This document shows, one piece after another, positions 1-9,657 of a DNA stretch of 64,000 nt. Both the position numbers and the translations under genes were made by a program. Location of the stretch: assembly GCA_965178125.1 (NCBI GenBank), contig OZ237740.1, positions 1 to 64,000 of the forward strand, given 5' to 3'. Positions within the stretch are counted from its first letter, which is position 1. Each line of letters begins with the position of its first letter. The DNA is from Bilabrum cf. latius. Taxonomy: Eukaryota. Under the pieces are notes generated by a model. That model saw nothing but the letters and a program-made list of their open reading frames with translations, was not told the origin of the DNA and searched no databases.

Positions 1-546
1 ACCCTAACCCTAACCCTAACCCTAACCCTAACCCTAACCCTAACCCTAACCCTAACCCTAACCCTAACCCTAACCCTAACCCTAACCCTAACCCTAACCC
101 TAACCCTAACCCTAACCCTAACCCTAACCCTAACCCTAACCCTAACCCTAACCCTAACCCTAACCCTAACCCTAACCCTAACCCTAACCCTAACCCTAAC
201 CCTAACCCTAACCCTAACCCTAACCCTAACCCTAACCCTAACCCTAACCCTAACCCTAACCCTAACCCTAACCCTAACCCTAACCCTAACCCTAACCCTA
301 ACCCTAACCCTAACCCTAACCCTAACCCTAACCCTAACCCTAACCCTAACCCTAACCCTAACCCTAACCCTAACCCTAACCCTAACCCTAACCCTAACCC
401 TAACCCTAACCCTAACCCTAACCCTAACCCTAACCCTAACCCTAACCCTAACCCTAACCCTAACCCTAACCCTAACCCTAACCCTAACCCTAACCCTAAC
501 CCTAACCCTAACCTAACCCTAACCCTAACCCTAACCCTAACCCTAA
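1..546. repeat. Terminal telomere tract (CCCTAA)n / (TTAGGG)n
   Basis: CCCTAA hexamers run from the window start, with one variant unit (CCTAA, a 1-nt deletion) near 511-516. The C-rich strand on + marks a left chromosome end. Confidence 0.98.
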
Positions 547-1863
547 GGTGATGTCAGTCCAGCCAACGAGCTGCACGAGAAAGCGGCCGCACCTCTGCGC
601 GCGCTGCTCCACGCCGGCAGCATCAGTCTCGGCGTGCAGGAGGCTGTCCACGACGACAACGGCGCGCCTCTGGTACGCCCACCAGCGCCGCATGCCTTGC
701 ATGGTCACCGTCTCCATCACTGGAGGTGCGAGCGCCCTCCACACCTCGGGAGGCAGCTCCTGCCTGCCAACGCAGGTCAGCAGGCCCTGCAGGGCCTGCA
801 CCGCCTCGTCGTCCACCTCCCATATGTGGTAGGCCAGCATGGGGTGCTGCGCGAGGTCGTCCGTCGCCTCGTGCATGCCGAACCGGTACTCGGGCGGGAG
901 GTTGACGGCCAGGGCCTCCTCTCCCTGCGCTCCCCCCGGGTCGCCGACGACCAGGTTCCACGCCTGCACGGGTGGCGCACCGACCTCCCCTCCGGCGTCT
1001 GGGCCTGCGCCACCGCCTTGGGCGCCGGCTGCCTCTGCACCGGCAGCGAACACGACTCCGGGGATGGGCAGCTCGGGCGCTCCTCCCTCTGCCCCGAAGA
1101 GCGGCTGCTGGCCCTGAGCATCCCAGACCATGGCCTGCCGAGCTGCCTGGGTGGCCGCGTGGGCGGCTTGGCGCCCGAGGAAGATGGCCTGGACCGCTTC
1201 TGGGGGCTCGTCGTCCTCCATCGCGTCCTCCCCTGCGCCGACCCCGGCCAGGACGGGCACGTCGGCGAGAGGCACGGGCCCAGGGACGAGTTGGTGCTGG
1301 GCAGCCTGGGCAGCTGGCTGCTGCTCGGCTGCTGGAGGGGCCGGACCGACGCCGGCTGGCCCACCTGCAGGCTCCTGCTGGGGCTCCGGGATCGGGAGGA
1401 AGGCGTCGGCATCGCCAGCTGGCGGCTCGGGCTGCAGACCTCCTGGGACCGGCAGGTTGGCACCCGGACCAGCGGGGTGCTGGGGCGGGGCGGCGGCCAT
1501 CGCCTGCTGGCCAGCAGCAAGAGCTGCACCAGGTGGTGGTTGGTGGGCGCCCTCTTGCTGCTGGTGCTGGGGCTCCGGAGCATGCTCGCCGATGGCTGGG
1601 GCGGGGGCCGGCAGGCCTGCCGCATCGCCCCCCCCGGCGGCATGGCCGCCTGGCGCTGGCCCCACCTGGGCCGGGATCTGGGCCTGCGCCTCGCCGGCCG
1701 GCGGGCCAGGCAGGGCGGCACCTCCTGGTTGAAGTGGCCCTGGGACTCCGATGCGCACGCGATGCGGGTTCTGAGCGTAGCCCTTCGCGCGGCGGTCCAG
1801 GAAGGCCCGGAGGTAATCGAGAGCCTTCACATGCTTGGTGGCGTCGTACGTGGACTGCGCCAT
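547..1863 (-). CDS. Cassette ORF1, unknown Ala/Pro/Gly/Gln-rich protein, 3'-truncated by telomere repeats
   Basis: ATG at 1863 with strong GC3 codon bias. Globular-looking N- and C-terminal parts flank a low-complexity middle. The frame runs straight into TTAGGG (...GWTDIT-LGLGLG) with no stop of its own. Confidence 0.7.
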
Positions 1864-2437
1864 GACCAGACTGCGGACAGAGATGCCACAAGGATATATA
1901 ATATACTTGGGATGTGATTAGTATGATGGTACGATGCGTTGTTCCCTGGTGGCGCACTCGTCACGGCGGTGCCGCGCATCAGGTTCCGCAACCTGATCCG
2001 GGCCACCACAAATGTTGTCGCAGCACACCTGCCGCAAGCAAAGTGAGCATTGGGCGCGCAGCCTATATATCGCCGCGCAATTGTTTGCAGTATGTTATAT
2101 TATTTGATAATATGCGCGAGATTAGTTCCAACGAGTGCTTGCCGTCGCGCAATTGAGCCAAACGTCTGAACCACGTTGCAGCAAGCGCATTGCGCGAGGC
2201 AATCCCCACGCATACCCCATCGATTTGACTCACGTTTGCTTTAGGGTTGTATGCACAATATGCTATAGTAGCTATATGCCAAGTATGCGCCTCTGCAATT
2301 GAATACAAGGAGCGCAATATGAGTGTTTCTGATTTCGCGCTGCTCGTTGGGTGAACGGGTAGGTTTCGGCGTGACAAGTGCAAGTTGCGTGCACTTTTGA
2401 TGCGAATCTGTATTTTTTTTTCGGTTTCGCGTGGGTT

Positions 2438-2517
2438 GCTGTGGTGGTGGAGTGGTATTGCGTACGGTTGGTAATCGCACCCCGGCCTACCCCCGAGGTT
2501 CGATTCCCGTTGGGGCG
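2438..2517 (+). ncRNA. tRNA-like RNA polymerase III unit (degenerate cloverleaf, apparent anticodon GGT)
   Basis: A-box TGGTGGAGTGG at 2445-2455 and B-box GGTTCGATTCC at 2497-2507. A 5-bp stem closes the 7-nt loop TTGGTAA (2468-2474), and oligo-T runs begin at 2522. Acceptor and T stems are imperfect. Confidence 0.6.
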
Positions 2518-2748
2518 ATCATTTTTTTATTTTTTTTCTGGGCTGGAGTCCGTCCCCCCACGACTGGAGAGCCGACCCAACATCATGGGTCCCAGGTCTG
2601 AGGCCGAGTGGGCGGGGTCGTGGCCTTTTTTTTTTTTTTGTCCTCGAGCTTGCCCTGGAGTACCTCTAGGTCTCGTGTCCGTGTTCCCTGCCGCACTCAA
2701 GCGCCTGTTCGTGACCTCACCTGTGTTCCCCTGTCACCGCAGAGTACC

Positions 2749-4302
2749 ATGGCCGCCGCAAAGAGCTACAGCGTCAAGCACACCAGCAAGTCTCGCCCTG
2801 TCGTGGCCGCCCTGGCTTCAGGCGTCGCCACGTCCGCGGCCAAGCAGGTCCTGCTGATCTCCCTCGTGGGCCTCCACCAAGACTGTGGGCTGCTCTGCGG
2901 GTCTACGGAGCACTACGAAGGGACCAAGAAGGCGGGCATCAAGGCCTGTGTGGATGCCATCCTGGCGCTGGATGAGTCCAAGCTGCCGTCTGGCGTGCTC
3001 GAGTCGCTGAACCGTCGCCTGTACCCGGCTGCATCAACCAGCGGCTCCAGCTCGCCAGGCTTTCGGAAGATGAAGCAGCTGCTCATGGGCCTGCGCGACA
3101 GCGGCTATTCAACCAACCACAATCCTTGGTTCAAGGCAGGCATGGACGGCCTGCGGAGGAACTACAAGACCGTGCTCAAGTTCGTCTGCGACCACGGAGC
3201 TGGGAAAGCCTCTGTGCGTGGTCGTGGAGGCATGCAGGCTGTCTTCAAGGACATGCTCGAGTTGCCGGTTGACGACTCTGCCGAGGCTTCAGCACGAGAT
3301 CAAGGTGGTTCTTCGGGAGCCGCTGCTGCCATGCCGAGTAGTGCACCCCGTACGCGGAAGGGCAAGCGGAGTGCCATGGACGACGACGACGACGACGACG
3401 ACGAAGATGACGTGGAGCACAGAGCCTATACGGCCCGGAGGGAGCAGGGCGGGATGGGTCGGGACGACTCAGAGTCCAGCGACTCAGCGACCGAGCGACT
3501 GAACAACGAGCTACTCGGCCCCAAGCGAGCGGCGGAGGCCGAGAGAAAGGCCAAGGCAAAGGCCAAGCTCAGCGCCAGGACCAAGGCCGCGGGCAAGTCG
3601 AAGGGCAAGTCGAAGGGCAAGTCGAAGGGCAAGTCGAAGGGCAAGTCGAAGGGCAAGGGTGCCCGATCGGCAGAGCCGAAGGGCAGGCACGCTGAAGCCG
3701 CGCCTCCGGCTAAGATGCAGCCCAAGCGATTGCCCGTCCTCCAGCCGGGCTATGGCGGAGGAGCTCGCCGCGCCGATGACCAGGAGAAGAGGGGAGCAAG
3801 TGGCGCAAGGAGTGGAGCAGCAGCATCACTGCCTCGACAGGACTCTGAGGAAGATGAAGAGGAGATCCGTGGTCGGTACCACGCAGACGCAGCCGGAGAG
3901 GAGGACGAGGATGAGGCTCCGATAGGGCTCGTGCAGCAGGACGAGGAGGATGGAAACGAGCTGGATGAGGAAGAAGATAACGAGGCCCAGAACCAGCAAG
4001 ACGACTCTGAGAACGACGGTGGAGTGGAGGACAACGGCTTCACCGACTAGCAGCGGCACCTGGTGGACCGCATCCTCACTGCCTGCGATGACACCGCGCT
4101 GGGCGTCAGCCGGACTATCGACGACATGGTCGAGGACGTGCAGGAAACAATTCAAGAGAGGGACCACGGATTGGGCATGCTCGCAGACCTGATGACGGCC
4201 CTCGAGAAGACGGCGGAAGGAGATCTCAATGCGGCAGACGTGGACGCTGTGGAGGCTCTCCTGGCAGCTGTCGGTGCGGAACCCTCCTCCGATGACGAGT
4301 GA
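2749..4302 (+). CDS. Cassette ORF2, unknown ~517-aa protein with acidic and basic low-complexity tracts
   Basis: ATG at 2749. The TAG at 4048-4050 is followed in frame by 83 more codons of the same bias, ending at TGA 4300-4302. Contains poly-Asp/Glu tracts, (KSKG)5 and a helical C-terminus. Confidence 0.75.
3592..3657 (+). repeat. 12-bp coding tandem repeat (GGCAAGTCGAAG) x5.5 encoding GKSK
   Basis: Perfect repeat visible inside ORF2. Confidence 0.95.
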
Positions 4303-4604
4303 AAAGCAGCCAATCGGATGGCAATTGAGGTCAGTGGCAGCTGGGCCAGCTTGTGAGAGGAGTTTGCCAATGTGCCAGCCAGTGACCCGTTAGGACGGAA
4401 TAGTAGGAGCCAAGAGGCATTCTGTTTAGTCTTGACTATAAGCCAACGAATATCTGCTATTAATACAATCCTCCAAAAATAAACCACTGCCATAAACATA
4501 ATCTCAACAGAACTACTGACTATCAAACGACTATCATCACAAAGACATGATTCCCATATTTTGAACGTGACATTATCAAGTGACCCCGATGACATCAAAG
4601 AGAT

Positions 4605-6247
4605 TTTTGCACCATGTTGTGGCCCTAGGCCGTCCCAATGCCGTTTGAACGGTCTTCATATCTCCTGTAGTTGCCGAGATCGTATCCCGCAGGATTTCAG
4701 CATGAAAATCTTCAAGGCCCAATATTGGCGCCGCGCGTCAAAAACGGAACCTGGGGAACATTTGCCCCATGTTGTGGCCCTAGGCCGTCCCAATGCAATT
4801 TGAACGGTCTTCATATCTCCTGTAGTTGCCGAGATCGTATCCCGCAGGATTTCAGCATGAAAATCTTCAAGGCCCAATATTGGCGCCGCGCGTCAAAAAC
4901 GGAACCTGGGGAACATTTGCCCCATGTTGTGGCCCTAGGCCGTCCCAATGCAATTTGAACGGTCTTCATATCTCCTGTAGTTGCCGAGATCGTATCCCGC
5001 AGGATTTCAGCATGAAAATCTTCAAGGCCCAATATTGGCGCCGCGCGTCAAAAACGGAACCTGGGGAACATTTGCCCCATGTTGTGGCCCTAGGCCGTCC
5101 CAATGCAATTTGAACGGTCTTCATATCTCCTGTAGTTGCCGAGATCGTATCCCGCAGGATTTCAGCATGAAAATCTTCAAGGCCCAATATTGGCGCCGCG
5201 CGTCAAAACCGGAACCTGGGGAACATTTGCCCCATGTTGTGGCCCTAGGCCGTCCCAATGCCGTTTGAACGGTCTTCATATCTCCTGTAGTTGCCGAGAT
5301 CGTATCCCGCAGGATTTCAGCATGAAAATCTTCAAGGCCCAATATTGGCGCCGCGCGTCAAAAACGGAACCTGGGGAACATTTGCCCCATGTTGTGGCCC
5401 TAGGCCGTCCCAATGCAATTTGAACGGTCTTCATATCTCCTGTAGTTGCCGAGATCGTATCCCGCAGGATTTCAGCATGAAAATCTTCAAGGCCCAATAT
5501 TGGCGCCGCGCGTCAAAACCGGAACCTGGGGAACATTTGCCCCATGTTGTGGCCCTAGGCCGTCCCAATGCAATTTGAACGGTCTTCATATCTCCTGTGG
5601 TTGCCGAGATCGTATCCCGCAGGATTTCAGCATGAAAATCTTCAAGGCCCAATATTGGCGCCGCGCGTCAAAAACGGAACCTGGGGAACATTTGCCCCAT
5701 GTTGTGGCCCTAGGCCGTCCCAATGCCGTTTGAACGGTCTTCATATCTCCTGTAGTTGCCGAGATCGTATCCCGCAGGATTTCAGCATGAAAATCTTCAA
5801 GGCCCAATATTGGCGCCGCGCGTCAAAAACGGAACCTGGGGAACATTTGCCCCATGTTGTGGCCCTAGGCCGTCCCAATGCCGTTTGAACGGTCTTCATA
5901 TCTCCTGTAGTTGCCGAGATCGTATCCCGCAGGATTTCAGCATGAAAATCTTCAAGGCCCAATATTGGCGCCGCGCGTCAAAAACGGAACCTGGGGAACA
6001 TTTGCCCCATGTTGTGGCCCTAGGCCGTCCCAATGCAATTTGAACGGTCTTCATATCTCCTGTGGTTGCCGAGATCGTATCCCGCAGGATTTCAGCATGA
6101 AAATCTTCAAGGCCCAATATTGGCGCCGCGCGTCAAAAACGGAACCTGGGGAACATTTGCCCCATGTTGTGGCCCTAGGCCGTCCCAATGCCGTTTGAAC
6201 GGTCTTCATATCTCCTGTAGTTGCCGAGATCGTATCCCGCAGGATTT
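4605..6247. repeat. 155-bp tandem repeat, about 10.6 near-identical copies
   Basis: A 155-bp period is visible in the sequence and in the ORF-track offsets (4671, 4826, 4981...). Only a few variant sites differ (GCCGTTT/GCAATTT, AAAAACGG/AAAACCGG, CTGTAG/CTGTGG). Confidence 0.98.
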
Positions 6248-6309
6248 TGTCAAAATTCGAAGATGAAAATATTTTTTCCCCGACCCTGTCCCTGACTTTA
6301 TATTAGATA

Positions 6310-8439
6310 CCCTAACCCTAACCCTAACCCTAACCCTAACCCTAACCCTAACCCTAACCCTAACCCTAACCCTAACCCTAACCCTAACCCTAACCCTAAC
6401 CCTAACCCTAACCCTAACCCTAACCCTAACCCTAACCCTAACCCTAACCCTAACCCTAACCCTAACCCTAACCCTAACCCTAACCCTAACCCTAACCCTA
6501 ACCCTAACCCTAACCCTAACCCTAACCCTAACCCTAACCCTAACCCTAACCCTAACCCTAACCCTAACCCTAACCCTAACCCTAACCCTAACCCTAACCC
6601 TAACCCTAACCCTAACCCTAACCCTAACCCTAACCCTAACCCTAACCCTAACCCTAACCCTAACCCTAACCCTAACCCTAACCCTAACCCTAACCCTAAC
6701 CCTAACCCTAACCCTAACCCTAACCCTAACCCTAACCCTAACCCTAACCCTAACCCTAACCCTAACCCTAACCCTAACCCTAACCCTAACCCTAACCCTA
6801 ACCCTAACCCTAACCCTAACCCTAACCCTAACCCTAACCCTAACCCTAACCCTAACCCTAACCCTAACCCTAACCCTAACCCTAACCCTAACCCTAACCC
6901 TAACCCTAACCCTAACCCTAACCCTAACCCTAACCCTAACCCTAACCCTAACCCTAACCCTAACCCTAACCCTAACCCTAACCCTAACCCTAACCCTAAC
7001 CCTAACCCTAACCCTAACCCTAACCCTAACCCTAACCCTAACCCTAACCCTAACCCTAACCCTAACCCTAACCCTAACCCTAACCCTAACCCTAACCCTA
7101 ACCCTAACCCTAACCCTAACCCTAACCCTAACCCTAACCCTAACCCTAACCCTAACCCTAACCCTAACCCTAACCCTAACCCTAACCCTAACCCTAACCC
7201 TAACCCTAACCCTAACCCTAACCCTAACCCTAACCCTAACCCTAACCCTAACCCTAACCCTAACCCTAACCCTAACCCTAACCCTAACCCTAACCCTAAC
7301 CCTAACCCTAACCCTAACCCTAACCCTAACCCTAACCCTAACCCTAACCCTAACCCTAACCCTAACCCTAACCCTAACCCTAACCCTAACCCTAACCCTA
7401 ACCCTAACCCTAACCCTAACCCTAACCCTAACCCTAACCCTAACCCTAACCCTAACCCTAACCCTAACCCTAACCCTAACCCTAACCCTAACCCTAACCC
7501 TAACCCTAACCCTAACCCTAACCCTAACCCTAACCCTAACCCTAACCCTAACCCTAACCCTAACCCTAACCCTAACCCTAACCCTAACCCTAACCCTAAC
7601 CCTAACCCTAACCCTAACCCTAACCCTAACCCTAACCCTAACCCTAACCCTAACCCTAACCCTAACCCTAACCCTAACCCTAACCCTAACCCTAACCCTA
7701 ACCCTAACCCTAACCCTAACCCTAACCCTAACCCTAACCCTAACCCTAACCCTAACCCTAACCCTAACCCTAACCCTAACCCTAACCCTAACCCTAACCC
7801 TAACCCTAACCCTAACCCTAACCCTAACCCTAACCCTAACCCTAACCCTAACCCTAACCCTAACCCTAACCCTAACCCTAACCCTAACCCTAACCCTAAC
7901 CCTAACCCTAACCCTAACCCTAACCCTAACCCTAACCCTAACCCTAACCCTAACCCTAACCCTAACCCTAACCCTAACCCTAACCCTAACCCTAACCCTA
8001 ACCCTAACCCTAACCCTAACCCTAACCCTAACCCTAACCCTAACCCTAACCCTAACCCTAACCCTAACCCTAACCCTAACCCTAACCCTAACCCTAACCC
8101 TAACCCTAACCCTAACCCTAACCCTAACCCTAACCCTAACCCTAACCCTAACCCTAACCCTAACCCTAACCCTAACCCTAACCCTAACCCTAACCCTAAC
8201 CCTAACCCTAACCCTAACCCTAACCCTAACCCTAACCCTAACCCTAACCCTAACCCTAACCCTAACCCTAACCCTAACCCTAACCCTAACCCTAACCCTA
8301 ACCCTAACCCTAACCCTAACCCTAACCCTAACCCTAACCCTAACCCTAACCCTAACCCTAACCCTAACCCTAACCCTAACCCTAACCCTAACCCTAACCC
8401 TAACCCTAACCCTAACCCTAACCCTAACCCTAACCCTAA
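6310..8439. repeat. Internal telomere tract, 355 x CCCTAA (2,130 bp)
   Basis: Perfect hexamer array in the same orientation as the terminal tract. Confidence 0.98.
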
Positions 8440-8447
8440 CCCCCCCT

Positions 8448-8662
8448 GGTGGCGTGGATGCGTGGGTGGTGGCTGGACAGGGCCATGGATGGTGGCGTGG
8501 ATGCGTGGATGCGTGGGTGGTGGCTGGACAGGGCCATGGATGGGGGGTGTGGATGCGTGGGTGGTGGCCGGACAGGGCCATGGATGGTGGCGTGGATGCG
8601 TGGGTGGTGGCTGGACAGGGCCATGGATGGTGGCGTGGATGCGTGGGTGGTGGCTGGACGGG
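8448..8662. repeat. Subtelomeric G-rich minisatellite, ~43-bp unit, about 4.7 copies
   Basis: Unit GGTGGCGTGGATGCGTGGGTGGTGGCTGGACAGGGCCATGGAT repeats with small indels directly after the internal telomere tract. Confidence 0.93.
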
Positions 8663-8831
8663 TGAGGTCAAATGTATTGTTCAAGTCTATGTGAACACGC
8701 AAGCAAGCCATGGGAGGACAGTCTGAGGTAAACCGGAATTCGTCCACTCGGCTTCACTGCGGACTCGGCTTATGGGCCCCATCCATTGGCATTGGCTTTG
8801 TATACTGTTCGGTTCTTTCGTCGTTATTGCC

Positions 8832-9518
8832 ATGTTGTAGGTCAGAGCACTTGCCATAGCAACAGTGTTGCTGAACGTCTGCCTGGCGGTTGACAGCAAC
8901 ATGAGCAGCGACACCAACACAGCGAATAATACAGCGACAAATAGTACTTCTCATACCAACTGCCCTGCTCGACTGCAAGAGCTGGAATTGGAAGCGTTTA
9001 GTTTACAGCGATAGATTGCGTAGCTCACCGCAGATTTATAGACCAAGCAGCACACACTGGCGGCCAGTGAGCACAAGATTGGCGCGCTGTAGCGGGCCTT
9101 ATAGGAAGCAAAAAAGTCGTTCGGCTAGAGTGGTGGAGTTGGAGACGGAACTGAGCCGGAAAGCAGACACGGATTCAAGCAAGGGCATGCACCACCACCG
9201 TAGCAGGCGCACACTGCATCACTTCGCAGATCTATTGCCGCGTTTCTGTAGCAAGAGCGAGAAAGGTAGCGCCGTAATGACCTGAGCGATGCTGAAGAAG
9301 CAAGAGCAGGGCCGAAGGAAATCTCCATATGGTGTGAGGCTGCACCACGGGTCAACATACTTCCTCTTGACGATGAATCAAGGGACATGGGGGCATGTCT
9401 ATCGCTTGCAATCGGTGCACCGGAGCTTGATGCGCGCCTCGTGCTGCAATGTGACGGTAGTTTTGCGCCTGAAAAGGACGAACGAACAGGCGCTGACAAT
9501 TCTCAAACTGGGGACTGA
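8832..9518 (+). CDS. Hypothetical secreted coiled-coil protein, 228 aa (needs TAG=Gln; absent from the ORF track)
   Basis: ATG 8832 to TGA 9516-9518 with 10 in-frame TAG and no TAA/TGA. It reads as a signal peptide (MLQVRALAIATVLLNVCLA), NxS/T sequons, then a heptad stretch RLQELELEAFSLQRQIAQLTADLQTKQHTLAASEHKIGALQRALQEAKK. Confidence 0.75.
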
Positions 9519-9657
9519 GCTCAGACCACATGGATGGCACCATGCAAGGATATTCGCAACAAATTCAATTGCGTCTTCCGGCAATATATTTTGTTACGTC
9601 GTGTGCTCGGGGTATCCACTCAAAATAGCTGTTAGTCGACTTGCGATGCCAGATAGG

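Larger units (their letters stand above)
547..6309. mobile_element. Telomere-embedded cassette (putative telomeric mobile or viral element, truncated at the distal end)
   Basis: 5.76 kb of non-telomeric DNA lies between two same-orientation CCCTAA tracts with sharp junctions. It holds two divergent ORFs, a tRNA-like unit and a 155-bp array. No RT, transposase or recombinase motif was recognised, so mobility is inferred. Confidence 0.55.

Noticed and set aside
623-1957. Long overlapping alternative-frame and antisense ORFs here and over other GC-rich genes
   Set aside because: They are the expected shadows of high-GC3 coding sequence, with Arg/Pro-rich non-protein-like composition.
2468-2474. 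Possible suppressor tRNA-Gln(CUA) explaining the code
   Set aside because: The anticodon-like loop reads GGT, not CTA. No tRNA(CUA) was seen in this window.
4561-6266. Recurrent 73-aa and 95-aa ORFs; possible CRISPR array or hammerhead ribozyme array
   Set aside because: The ORFs are by-products of the 155-bp period. There are no unique spacers, and no CTGANGA hammerhead core on either strand.
6206-8671. 821-aa (RV)n ORF in the track
   Set aside because: It is a translation of the telomere repeat, with no evidence of being a gene.
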